From Macrostomum lignano (Eukaryota), in contig NIVC01002560.1 of the NCBI GenBank assembly GCA_002269645.1, forward strand, positions 1 to 64,000: DNA of 64,000 nucleotides, read 5' to 3'. The notes beneath the pieces were generated by a model that ran no database searches, was not told the origin of the DNA, and was given only the letters and a program-made list of their open reading frames with translations. A program made the translations under genes and the position numbers. Below are positions 1 to 11,700 of this stretch, in pieces; positions within the stretch are counted from its first letter, which is position 1; each line of letters starts with the position of its first letter.

Positions 1-135
1 AAGTGGAATGACATTAGGCACCAGTGGAATGACATTAGGCATCAGTAAAATGAACATTGCATTCAAGTGGAATGACATTAGAAATTAGTGAAATGAATTA
101 GACATCAATGAAATGATATAAGACATGACATGACA
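1..135. repeat. Degenerate ~22-bp tandem repeat (AGTGGAATGACATTAGGCACC-like), truncated by window edge
   Basis: Several decaying copies of gtggaatgacattag at 3-80; lies in an intron of the minus-strand Sno-like gene. Confidence 0.6.
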
Positions 136-166
136 CTGAGTCGGGCCCCGTCCCACCAGTGCTCAC

Positions 167-2439
167 TCGTCGCCACAGAGCAGCCGCGGAGTCATACAGC
201 GCAATGTCGCCGGTCGTGAGCGGCGGCGTCCACAATGGCGAACTCGGCGTCCCGGAAGGACAGGCCGCGGGCCACGTACACGCCAGTGGCCTTCAGCTCG
301 GCGGCCAGCATCTCCGCTGCAGCCAGGCGCGGGCCGCTCCAACAGGCCGCGGAAATCCTGGAAGCTGGCGAAGGGGCGGCTGGGGCCCCACAGGCCAAGC
401 CGGGTCATGTAGGCCAGGTTTTTCAGCTCCGATACACCTGTGGCGCTGCAGTACACCTGGGGTGTCGGCGAAGTTTGTGGGATTCCAGTGCCAGTTTAGG
501 GAGATTTTCAGTGCCAGTTTAGGGAGATTTTCAGTGGCAGTTCAGGGAGATTTTCAGTGCTAGTTTAGGGAGATTTTCAGTGCCAGTTTAGGGAGATTTT
601 CAGTGCCAGTTCAGGGAGATTTTCAGTGCTAGTTTAGGGAGATTTTCAGTGCGTTTAGGGAGATTTTCAGTGCCAGTTTAGGGAGATTTTCAGTGCCAGT
701 TCAGGCAGATTTTCAGTGCCAGTTCAGGTATATTCTCAGTGCCAGTTCAGGGAGATTCTCAGTGCCAGTTCAGGTATATTCTCAGTGCCAGTTCAGGTAT
801 ATTCTCAGTGCCAGTTCAGTATTTTCATGCCAGTTCAGGTATATTCTCAGTGCCAGTTCAGGTATATTCTCAGTGCCAGTTCAGGTATATTCTCAGTGCC
901 AGTTCAGTATATTCTCAGTGCCAGTTCAGGGAGATTCTCAGTGCCAGTTCAGGTATATTCTCAGTGCCAGTTCAGGGAGATTCTCAGTGCCAGTTCAGGG
1001 AGATTCTCAGTGCCAGTTCAGGGAGATTCTCAGTGCCAGTTTAGGGATTTTAGTGCCAGTTCAGGTATATTCTCAGTGCCAGTTCAGGGAGATTCTCAGT
1101 GCCAGTTCAGGTATATTCAGTGCCAGTTCAGGTATTTTCTCAGTGCCAGTTCAGTATATTCTCAGTGCCAGTTCAGGGAGATTTTCAATGCCAGTTCAGG
1201 GAGATTCTCAGTGCCAGTTCAGGGATTCCAGAAGCTCACTAACCACTCGTGCCAGCGGCAGCCGCTGCTGCAGTTCAATGACAGCCGCAGCTACCTTGGA
1301 GTTGGCGGCCTCCTTGGCGTCCGGCAGGAAGTGCTTGGCGCGGTGGCACTCGTCCAGCACGAGACAGCCGTCGAATTTGGCTGGCGCCGAGTCGCCGGAG
1401 CACCAGTCGATAAGCTGCTCAAGGCGGGTCTTGCGGCTGGCGCCGGAGCCGCCCGACACCAGACAGGCGTAGGTGTTGAACAGGACGCCCTCGCGCAGTC
1501 CTTGCCAGGCCGAACGCCGTGGCCGACCGGTCCACTGCCGGCAGCCGTCGATGACGCGGGCATGGCAGCCGATGGCCAACAGGTCCCGCCTGGCGTCCTG
1601 GGCGAGGTCTGGCGACACACTCAGCCACAGGTGGCGCGGCCGGCCCCGGGCCAGACTGTCCAGGATTATCGCCGCAATCTGGCGGCCCTGCGGAGGCGGA
1701 TCAGCCCGACTGACTGCTTTGATTGGCTTCAGAACTAATACTGGCTTCCCCTCCGATCATCCTATCCCAACTAGTCCATCCCATCTAGAGTCCCGTCATG
1801 CAAACTAGAGTCCCGTCATGCAAACTAGAGTCCCGTCATGCAAACTAGAGTCCCGTCATGCAAACTAGTCTCGTCATCCCAACTGCAATACAACAACAAA
1901 ATCACCTCGCATCGGCCAAGAGTGGCCACAGAGTGGGGAGGGGTGGCAGAACGCACGCCTTTGGGCCACACTCGTACGAGTCAGCTCCCCAACCGGAGTC
2001 CACTGCCTTAATCTAAATCCCATTATTCCAACTCGAAAAATCATCAACAAAACAAATCCTAGACTCCGACTCAGGCACGCCTCATTGAGCTCAGCTCGAC
2101 AATTTCTCCCACAGTTACCTTGCCGACTCCCGCGGCATCCCCGATGAAGAAGCCGGCCCGCTCGCCGCCAGCAGCAGAGTCCGGTGGCGCTGGCAGGCGT
2201 ACAGCACGCCCTGCAGCTGCAGGGAGCTCAGCCGGCCCTCGGTGACGGCCTCACTGGGCAGCGAGTCGGCCAGGGGAACACAGCGGGCGGCAGGTCGACG
2301 GTTGCTAGGCAGTCAGACTCAACCACGTTGCCAGGATGAGGCTTGGCGCCTGGCAACAGCTCGATGTGGCGGAAACAGGAGTACACCTCTGCGGCACTGT
2401 TGAGCTCCTCATCATCATCTCCAGCCATGACAAGCAGAT
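167..2439 (-). CDS. SBNO: Strawberry notch family (SBNO/FORGETTER1-like) SF2 helicase-like protein, partial, with several 1-nt frameshifts (pseudogene or consensus errors)
   Basis: Exons 2439-2119, 1687-1244 and 456-167 with AG/GT ends. Translated motifs: HPGNVVES, GERAGFFIGDAAGVGK|GRQIAAIILD, HLWLSVSPDL, FDGCLVLDECHRAKH, ARV|VYCSATGVSELKNLAYMTRLGLWG, EMLAAELKATGVYVARGLSF. Gene continues beyond base 1; 5' exons not located. Confidence 0.85.
486..1228. repeat. Intronic minisatellite, ~23-bp unit (CAGTGCCAGTTCAGGGAGATTCT variants)
   Basis: About 30 near-identical copies fill almost the whole Sno-like intron 457-1243. Confidence 0.95.
1785..1870. repeat. 20-bp tandem repeat (CTAGAGTCCCGTCATGCAAA) x~4
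   Basis: Direct copies visible at 1785-1868. Confidence 0.9.
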
Positions 2440-3771
2440 CTGCAATTGCATTTGGCACAGCGGAGAGAAAATTACAAATTAGCTCAACGTCAGGCAGTAG
2501 ACTAAGACCTAAAAGTCTTGAATTCTAAGAGCAAAAACAAATAATCTTCCTGCTCCTACAGCTCACGCATTTGTCTCGTGTCCCAAACCCTTTTGCCCAT
2601 ACACTGGAGGCTCTTTGGCCTCGTGAATCCCAGCCATTAACAGTAGAAAGACCACGAAAGACAATAGCACATACACTATCTGGGTTCCAAAACATTTTGT
2701 GCATGCTTTGCTTCCTACAGCTCTAACCTTAATCATTGTTACTAAATGCATTGCTTTACCATACTTTTGCTATTCCTTATTTTGTTTTTATATTTTGCTT
2801 GATGTACTTCATATTTGTACAAACAATGTTAATGATAAATTCAACACTTCAACTTGCTTTCTAGTTTGAATTAAAGTAAGAAAATCCAAGGAATAGTTAG
2901 AAGAGATTTACTAAGAAAGGAAGTTAGGAGTCTATGCAAAGAAATATGAAGAGTAATGTGGTGACCTTCTAATCTAGGACTAGGTCATGCCAAGGACTGG
3001 AAATAGTACATGTACCAGTAAAACTACTTAGGGCAGAATACATTTATAATGCTACTAAAATGTATTACAACTAAAAACTAGGAAGTTAAACTATATTCTA
3101 GAAATAATTCTTAGAAATTAGAATATAATTCTACTATTGAATTCTATAACAACTTTGGTGATAGCAGTGAAATCATTATAAGAGTAAATCACTTTATCCT
3201 GGAACTTGGTGAGATCAATAGAATTTAGAAAGAAGAAAAGCTTCCTTCTATTACATGAGTTACCAAACCTCCTACCAAGGAAAGGAAAGAAAAAACAAGC
3301 ATATTGGACATGGGGTTTGAGAGACCCAAAGATGGGATATGAGCGTAGTAGGCCCAGAAAGTCTAATGCATCAGATTTACAGTTTGGGGTATGAAAATAG
3401 GTAGGGCCTTTACAAGTACACCATTTTATCTCCTATTTTAACAATGTCTTGTTCAAAATAAACAAGCAAAACTTCAATTCAAACAAACTCCCTTTCTATT
3501 GAAACAGATAAAATTCAATTCAAACCCTTTGGCCAAAATTGTCCTTGGCTGAAGTGATGCATACATGCAGCTTTGAAATTCAAAAGAAACAAGGTTATAT
3601 TCTATTTGGATAAAGAGATAAAACACAACATATCAATATCATGTTATAAGAGATTTATAAAAAAACAACGTACAAGTGCATGGCAGGAACAGTTGGTCAA
3701 CTTGAGGCCTTGATCCACCTACCTAACCCTCAATTGCTTGTCAACCAAGGCAGCAAAGGATGTATATAAAC

Positions 3772-4446
3772 CAGCAGTCTTCAAACTTTAGCCCACAGGC
3801 CAAATCTGGCCTGCAACACCTTCAAGTCTGGCCTGCAACATTCTTACTATCTAACAATGTAAAAGTAGTTTATAAAATCAATTTCATGTTGAAACATTCA
3901 ATTTTACCCCTGCTCCTAAATCTTATATATATGCTAGAAATTTTTAATATACAAATATAAAAATGGTTAGGGTAAAGTATCCAGTGTATAGAACAATCTG
4001 CTAGAAAATTGTGCCACAGAGCCAGCATATGACATAGCTATTGGCATATGAAAGATCAAAATGTTGTAATGAAAGAAAGGGTTCTATAGTCCTATATTGT
4101 TGCAATACAAAAAGGTCCTTTATTGTTACAATGAATTTTTTATAATATCTGATATATATATATATATATATATCGTGAGTAATTTTTTTCTAGTATAAAC
4201 TTAAATTTATGGTGTAAGGGACCAGTTTTTTCAGCAAACCCTAGAATAGATTTGAGAATGTGGAACTTACAAGAAAGTTAGCTTTTATCCTATAATTACT
4301 TTATCAGTTTTAACTATACGGTTGTTGGTTATATTTGGTCTAAAATTGTCATTTATAGCCAACATTTGTTGTACATTTTTTCTGGCCTATTGCTTTAGCC
4401 TAGTCTTCCAATTTAGCCTACACTGAAAAAAGTTTGCTAACCCTTG
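3772..4446. mobile_element. Old non-autonomous hAT (Charlie-type) element, CpG-decayed
   Basis: Left end cagcagtcttcaaactttagcccacaggccaaatctggcctgc and right end tttagcctacactgaaaaaagtttgctaacccttg resemble hAT/Charlie termini (CAGGGGTC..CAAACT..GGCCCGCGGGCC..ATCCGGCCCGC) with CpGs converted to TG/CA/TA. Flanking 8-mers atataaac and atgtaaaa match 6/8 (decayed TSD). Confidence 0.6.
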
Positions 4447-6518
4447 ATGTAAAAGCATAGTTGAACCACTTGGTGCTCTTGTCTGCAAAGATGCAGCCAA
4501 TAACTCTATTATTTACCATACTATACAGGATGTATTGCCAAATGCTCTATATTTTTTTGCTATCCCTAACCTAAAAAATGTGTACACTATTGATCCCTTG
4601 ACTCCAAGTTGGTATACCAATTCTATAAAGTTATCTCTACAATTAGCAGCTTTGATAAAATAGTTTATATTTGCTACAACTTTATCAATTCTATTCTTTT
4701 CTACTTCTAGCAATTCATTATCTTCTTTAACCTGATGTTTTCAACATTCATACATGTCAATTTTAGTGTACAACAATTATATAATTATGCAGTACAGTGA
4801 AAACAAAAGAATATATTAACTTATAAAAATAAATTTATTTGTGAAAATCCTAGAAGAAAAAAAAATTTGTTTTTTATGAATTTCCAAACTGCATGTACAT
4901 GCAGTACTCAAGAGCAATTTTGGCTAGGCCTAGACAGTCTAAATTGAATTTCTAAAAGTGCTAGGTTTTCTTTAGGTGTTTTAAATTTAAGTTCTGCTTG
5001 TTTATTTTGAACAAGACTTTGTTCAAAATCGGAGGTAAAATGGTATATAGGCCTAGTAACACTTATTAATATCAATATCAATGTTTTCATTTTTTGTTAT
5101 AAATAGACCTAAATATAGAATCAATAATTGACCTTAGACTAAGGCTTAGTTAAAAATATTCTAAATTTATATACTCTATATCACACATTCAAAATCAAAC
5201 CACTTTCCATTTTTTATTTTGTTATCTATTTGTCAAATCAATCAAAGACAAAGATTTTTATAGTATACCCTTTAGGTTTGCTTCTTTATCTTTTTACTAG
5301 GGGCCTACTACTAATTTGATTTTTTCACTAATATTTTTGGGCAATATTTAATGCTTTATGCTATCTAGGCAATTAATTCAATATTTGTTACTGAAATTAG
5401 CAACTAAATTTTTTAAACTGTTTGATCAACATTTATTTATGTAATTTATTATATAGGGCTCCTAATGCCTAAACTAAGTAAAATGAAATCTCAGGCTCAA
5501 TAAAACTAAACGCTTAGACTAAAAAGAATGAAATAAAATAACCACTACAATAGTGGGAAGAAAGTAAGTATTGGTCCGACGTCGAGGAAGAGATTATTGG
5601 GTCATCCTTCAGGAGTATCAGAAGAGTTACATTACTTAAATAATTAGCACGTCGATTGTTATTTAAACTTGTGAGCCATCTGGTTATAGCATATAACAAA
5701 TTTTCTGCTACTAAACCAAGTTCATTTGGGTACCTTTGTACTGCACGATACCTTTCAAACATATCTAGAAATTCTTAAAAAGAGTAGCTTTATAATAATT
5801 TTAACTGTGGCCTAGTTGTCACAGGTAAATAATCGCTCTGAGCTGCCGTCTTCCGCTGGGCGCAGCTGTTGCCGCTCTCTGTTCCCCCTGTCTCTCTGCG
5901 CTCTTGCATTGTTTGCAGCGGCTGGGCAGCTTGACCTAGCCTGCTCTTGGTTAGCTCTCTGTGTAGCGGTCACTATAGTGGGTTCACTGATGGGCCGCTT
6001 TCCCCTTGTCATATGAGCACATGACGAGCTGTTTACTCGAAGTCCGAAGTGCAGTGAATAACTCACTGTGCAAGTCGTGTTTATCGCGGAAATCACGTGC
6101 GCCAAGACCCTTGCCTGCTCTGAGGCAAACCCAAGCGTCAGAAATTGCTAATTTTAGCAACAGCGTCATATGCAATCTGACGAAATCGGGTCTCCGCGTA
6201 CATGTACATGTACATATAATGATGCAATATAGTTTCCTGCCTATAAATACGAACCATCTCAAGCATTGTTTCCGTCAAGGATTTCTTTAATAGCTCTGTT
6301 CATTCTTCAGTAAACACAGTTTCTCCAGTTCTGCGTCGCCCAATTTCTCCCATTGTCGATCCTGACTCTCAGTGCTCAACTTAAACCCAGACCTCTGCTG
6401 GTGTCTGCTCTGAGCGACAACACCGTTCTCCTAGCCGACCCACTGAGCCCGATAGGATCTGCTGATTATTAGTCTAAAATCGCAAATCTGCTTGAAGTGC
6501 TGTGTTCGCTCATCCCTT

Positions 6519-7360
6519 TGTTATTTCGTTCCGTCGGGATCCTCACCTCACCGAAGGCTGAGACTAGGGATTGCAATCCCGAATCCCGGGATCCCGGACA
6601 CTTTTTGGCCTGACGGAATCCCGGGAAACTTTTTTGATAAAGTGGGTGATATCCAGGAAATCATGAGTCGTGATCGTGACGTGACTCTTGATTCTCGAAT
6701 CGTGATACAATACAAATTATACACAATACATACAATACATGCGAGTCTCAAACTTGTGTTGTGTTTGTGTATTTGACTACTTGTGTTACTTGTGTAACTT
6801 GTGAGGTTGTGTAACTTTGTGTTATGTACATAAAAGCATTGAAAAATGACTGGGAGATAGTTTTGCATGCATGTATTACGATTACGAGCTCGTAAGTTAC
6901 AAGTGTAGAAAATAACAAAACAAGAAAAGAAACCATTATATATTAGATAATAGATACTCGGTAATGCTGTCAAGTCGAGAAATATAAAATATATTACACA
7001 CTATTACTGCATTACACACTCGTGTTCTCGTTTTTTAGTAAAATCAAATAGAAAAGTTATTACTTTTAAAAAAACGTTTAAAAAAGCGGGTTTTCTGGCA
7101 TTCTATCGGCCAAAATATTTAAAATGCCAATCCCGGGATTGGGTCCGGGATCCCGGGATTGAGTCATTGCTTCGTCCGGGATCCCAGGATCGTAGAACAG
7201 CCGGGATTTGCAATCCCTAGCTGAGACCCGGGCCGAAGGGACTGGTGGCAGCACTACCTACGCAACCAAGAAGGCTTCCACTTAAAGCAGACGGAGAGCC
7301 CAGAACACTGCTAGCGCAGCCTGAGAAGCACGGGCACAACATTGGTGGCAGCTGTGGGAT
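6519..7360 (+). mobile_element. LTR-retrotransposon 5' LTR remnant with tRNA-Leu primer-binding site, interrupted by a MITE
   Basis: ...cacaaca (7341), 1 nt, then TGGTGGCAGCTGTGGGAT (7343-7360), complementary to a tRNA-Leu 3' end including CCA with one mismatch. LTR start uncertain (TGTG 6501 or TGTT 6519). No intact gag/pol follows. Confidence 0.5.
6565..7219. mobile_element. Young hAT-type MITE (655 bp)
   Basis: TIRs TAGGGATTGCAATCCCG ... CGGGATTTGCAATCCCTA; perfect 8-bp TSD GCTGAGAC at 6557-6564 and 7220-7227; subterminal ATCCCGGGAT palindromes at both ends; no transposase ORF. Confidence 0.9.
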
Positions 7361-8702
7361 TTGAATACTTACCAGGCCTCCCGGGACAACGCTGACCCCA
7401 AAGAAGAAGACCAACAGTACAACACTTGCTCAAAGGACACAAATCGTTCCGAGGAAGACATAGACAAGTTATATTAGAACGGTAGAGAGAAGCATATAAA
7501 AAATTATTATAGCGGCAGTGAGAAAGCTTCTAACGAAGGTTTCAGGGGTGCGTTGCCGTCATATCGAAGTAACTCACCAATATTATCTCAGCTAAGTCTG
7601 GGTTGAGCTATATGTAGATTGGAAGTTCTAGTGCAGACTGACCGCAGACTGTAAATGTACAAGAAAATCACTCCTACAGTGATCTTCCTTTTGATCGTGC
7701 AGAAATGCTTCGTTATGATCATGAAGTGTGCAAGAAATGGAGATAGATCACGCTAGATTAATAAAATACATGTAAGAATGCACTGCATAGCACACTATAA
7801 ACACTTTCTCGCTCACAGTGTATGTATGTGTATTGGAATTCAAGCATACCTGAGTCCCATAATTCATAGTACCCATTTCAATAGAATGGTTTTTGCACCT
7901 GCTGAAAATTTTATACAAAAAGAATAATAGCAAAGAAGCAAGCAAACTTCTGCAGAGTTTCTAGCTCGTAGCAAACAGTGCTAGGTAATCGTAGACTGTA
8001 GAGCTACCGTTTCAACTGCTGCATTTAATGAATTGATTTGAACCCTTGTAAGAATTCAGACAAGCTTGCATTTGAGCTTTGGACCTCAAGAAAGCATGAC
8101 TTGGCATATAAGCAATATGCGATTACAGTGAGGTCTTAGTCTAACTATTTCCGAGGTAGCGCTGTTGTGAGTGCATGTCGCAATCAACAGCTATCAGGGA
8201 ATTCGTCTTGACTGAAGCTCTACTGCTATGAGGGCGGCATCTTTAAGCTCATTGAAGGAACAAACGCAAACGCTGTCTGAGATAAGCGCCTGGTCTATAA
8301 TCAGCACTTTGCTCGCTCTAATCGAGTATACAAGAGTATAGCTAGTCAGAAGGGGCAGAACGGAATAGGGCTCTTGAGGTCGGACCTTCACAGTTTCTCC
8401 TTTCGGGACAGTCGAGTGCAGTGAGCGCGAGTGAGTTCCCTTCCTTCTAGCTCTCTTCTCGCTTTACTCCCTCAACTGTGCGCAACTTGAGTACAGCTTG
8501 AGACGAAAGTACGCCCTCACTGGATTTCTCTCCTCGCTTCCCTCGTGTCCAACAGCTTTCCAACAGCCCCAACTCCAAGGCCCCCTAGAGGCAAAGCATA
8601 AAATCAGAATCTCTATCCACTTTATCCACTTTTCCAAGTATCAGGTCAGCTCAAAGCTTTCTTTTCCCGGAGACACCAAAACTATCTCGTGTCCCAAGAA
8701 CC

Positions 8703-11700
8703 ATGCCGTCGCCAGTAGCAGCAGCCGAGTCCTACCAAACTGCGGGGAGCCTGCACGAGCAGTTCTACAGGCAAGCTCAACTGACTCCAGACCGAGTCGC
8801 CGTTTCGGACGGAGCTGGACGGCAACTCACCTACGCGGAGCTGGATCAACTGTCCAGCAAACTGGCCGCCGAGCTCCGGCTGAAGGGTCTGGATGTGGAG
8901 CTCTGCGGCATCATTTACATGGAGAGATGCATCGAGTATGTGGTGGCTTACATTGCCATACTCAAAGCCGGTCAGTTACTCGACTAAATATCGTCTTTCA
9001 TTCTCCATACGGATTTGATGACTGCGCATTATCAGTTGAAGCTGACGAAAGATTTAAGACCAGGGTGGGATGGTCTAGGCAGGCCCAAATTTGGAAAGCG
9101 TCCTTTTCAGTGTAACTGACAGACTACATGAAGTAACTGGGGTCAAGCAGCTCAAGCTTACAAAGCCTGCTGTGTCGTCGTGAGCAGGAATATGGCGTAC
9201 GTGTTACCCTGTAGGTGTAGAAGACGTACGTGTAAAATCAGACACAACGAACGGTCTGTTTTGAAATTTTGCTACGAGTATCTGAAAGAAGTTACTATTG
9301 TTAAATGCCCATATCGCATTCGCAGGTGGAGCCTACCTCCCCATGGACTTGTCCTACCCCGACTCGCTAATCGAGAGCGTCCTGTCCGATGCTGAGCCTC
9401 GTGCTGTGCTGACAAAACCCGACCTGCTACAGCGCTTGCCTGAATCAGCGCGCAGCCTTGCGTGGGTCTTCTCTGACAACTGGCAACAGGAACTCAATGA
9501 GCTGCGATGCGACACCAGCTGCGTCCCCGTCTCCATCGATCTGGACGCCCTCGCCTTCATCGTATACTCCAGCGGCACCACCGGCAAGCCGAAAGGCATC
9601 GGCATGCCGCACCGCGGTGCTGTCTTTTCTTACCACTGGCGTCACGTGACTTACCCTTATGACGAGTCCAACGGACCGGAGCGCGAAGCCTGTAACGTTT
9701 TCTTTGTATGGGAGATGCTGCGTCCGCTGATGAAGGGTCAATGTCTTTATGTTGTGCCCGACGATGTCATCTACGATCCACCAAAGCTGCTGGAGTATAT
9801 GCGGAAAAACTGCATCACCCGGATGCTGTTCACGCCGTCACTGCTGGAGACGGTGCTTGATTCGGAGGCGGAAAGAGTTCAAAAGGCTTGCGCGAGCCTC
9901 AAGTTCGTACTAAAAATTTCTGTCTTAAATTTTCTATGTTTCTACACCTCCGTAATAAATAGACGTTACACCGTTCCATGATCCCAGATTGTATGACAGC
10001 GACTTTGAAACACCACCAAAACATTTACAGGCAAATCTGGCTCTGCGGCGAGGTGGTTACCACAAGCCTCTTGGAGCGCTGTCAATCACTGCTGCCCAGC
10101 ACCCGCGTCATCAACCTGTACAGTATCTCCGAGTGTCACGACGTGGCCGCCAGAGATCTTACGGATTACCTGAAGCGGATTCAGCGCAGACCGGAGGAAC
10201 GACGCAAGTTCTGCCCCGTGGGCTGGCTGCTACCAGGAGTCCAGGTGGTCATCTTAGACGAAGCGCTCAATCCGCAGCCGGTGGGGGCGGCTGGAGAGGT
10301 AAGAGTTCCGTTCAAACGTTGGGGACCGGTAGAGGTAATTCAACATTACTATAGAGTTTCGACCAAAAATTACAAAAACCCTGAGCCGAGACTGACTACT
10401 TGCATTCGTATATCTGTCAAACCCATTTCCGCTCGATCGCAGATCTACGTGGCCGGGCCAACCCTGGCCAAGGGCTACGTGAAGCGCCCAGACCTGAATC
10501 GCAGCAAGTTCATTCAGGCGCCGAAAGCCCTCGGCAGCCAGGCGGGTGAGCGGCTGTACCGCACAGGCGACTGGGGCTACCTGCTCTCGGACAGCAGCCT
10601 GGAGATCTGCGGTCGCTGCGACAGTATGGTCAAAATCCGGGGCTACTCCGTGGAGGTTCAGGCGATCGAGGTGGCCCTGCTGGACAGCGGGCTCGTCAAC
10701 GCCTGTGTGGTGCTGGTGAAGGGCGGCGAAGGCGAGGACAAGTTCCTTGTGGCGTACGTTGTTCCATCGAACGGCGACCTCACAAAAAGGCAGCTGCGAT
10801 CCGCTCTGAAACGAAAGCTGCCGTTCTACATGATCCCAAGCTACTTCGTCTTCCTGGCCGAGTGAGCCCCTGTCTGAGTGCGATTCTGTGTAGAATACTT
10901 AGGAAGCCTGCTCACATGAGCGTGCTAACCATGAGCAGCCACAGAGTTGCAGCGCAGTACCTATGTCATTAAATTTTACTACCCACCCATCGTAGCCTGC
11001 CCGTAAGCGCGATCGGCAAGCTGGACAAGGCCTCGCTGCCTCCCTTCGACAAGGCCCAAGAGAGCCTGGACTGCTCGTTTCTGCCGCAGACCGCCACAGA
11101 GAAAAGCCTGGCGGCCATCTGGATGGCTACACTGGACATCAAGGAGATCGACATACAGGAGAGCTTCTTCGACTACGGCGGGTAAGATAGGCTGACTTCG
11201 TATAGCAACTGTAGGTCATTTTTTCGAAGATTTGTATTTTGAACAGATCAGGGCAAAATGATCTCAGTTTGCTTTAATTTTCCAAAGCAGAAAGACCCAA
11301 GTTCGCAGGCAAATCCCAGTCCACAGCAGCCAAACCATCGCCGTTTTCCAGCCACTCCCTGCTAGCGACAAAGCTGCTCTCAAAGGTGAACGAGCAGCTG
11401 GGCTGCCAGCTGTCCGTGAAGGAGCTGTTCCAATACCCCACGGTGCAGGAGATGGCCCGCCTGATCGACTCTGCGGCGGCGCGGGGCACTGGGACCGCCG
11501 ACGAAACGCCGGAGGCCGAGGCGAGAACCTTCGATTTGAAAACCGAGGTGGCCAATCATGACCAGCCGCAGGCTTCAGAGTGAGCCGTTGGAATCTGCCT
11601 ACCTGCCTGTTTTATGCCTGTAGAGAAAATAAGACTAAAAACACTAGAACTAAATTAGATGATAAATTGAATACTAAAGGAGCCAGTAAGTGGGCGCAGG

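Noticed and set aside
4513-5762. Short AT-rich ORFs (4513-4713, 4908-5090, 5514-5762) as genes or as 5' exons of the Sno-like gene
   Set aside because: No recognisable motifs, composition unlike the real exons, and no convincing splice pairing
7343-7366. tRNA-Leu gene on the minus strand
   Set aside because: Only the 3' ~24 nt match and the CCA is encoded; there is no D or anticodon arm, so it is better explained as a PBS
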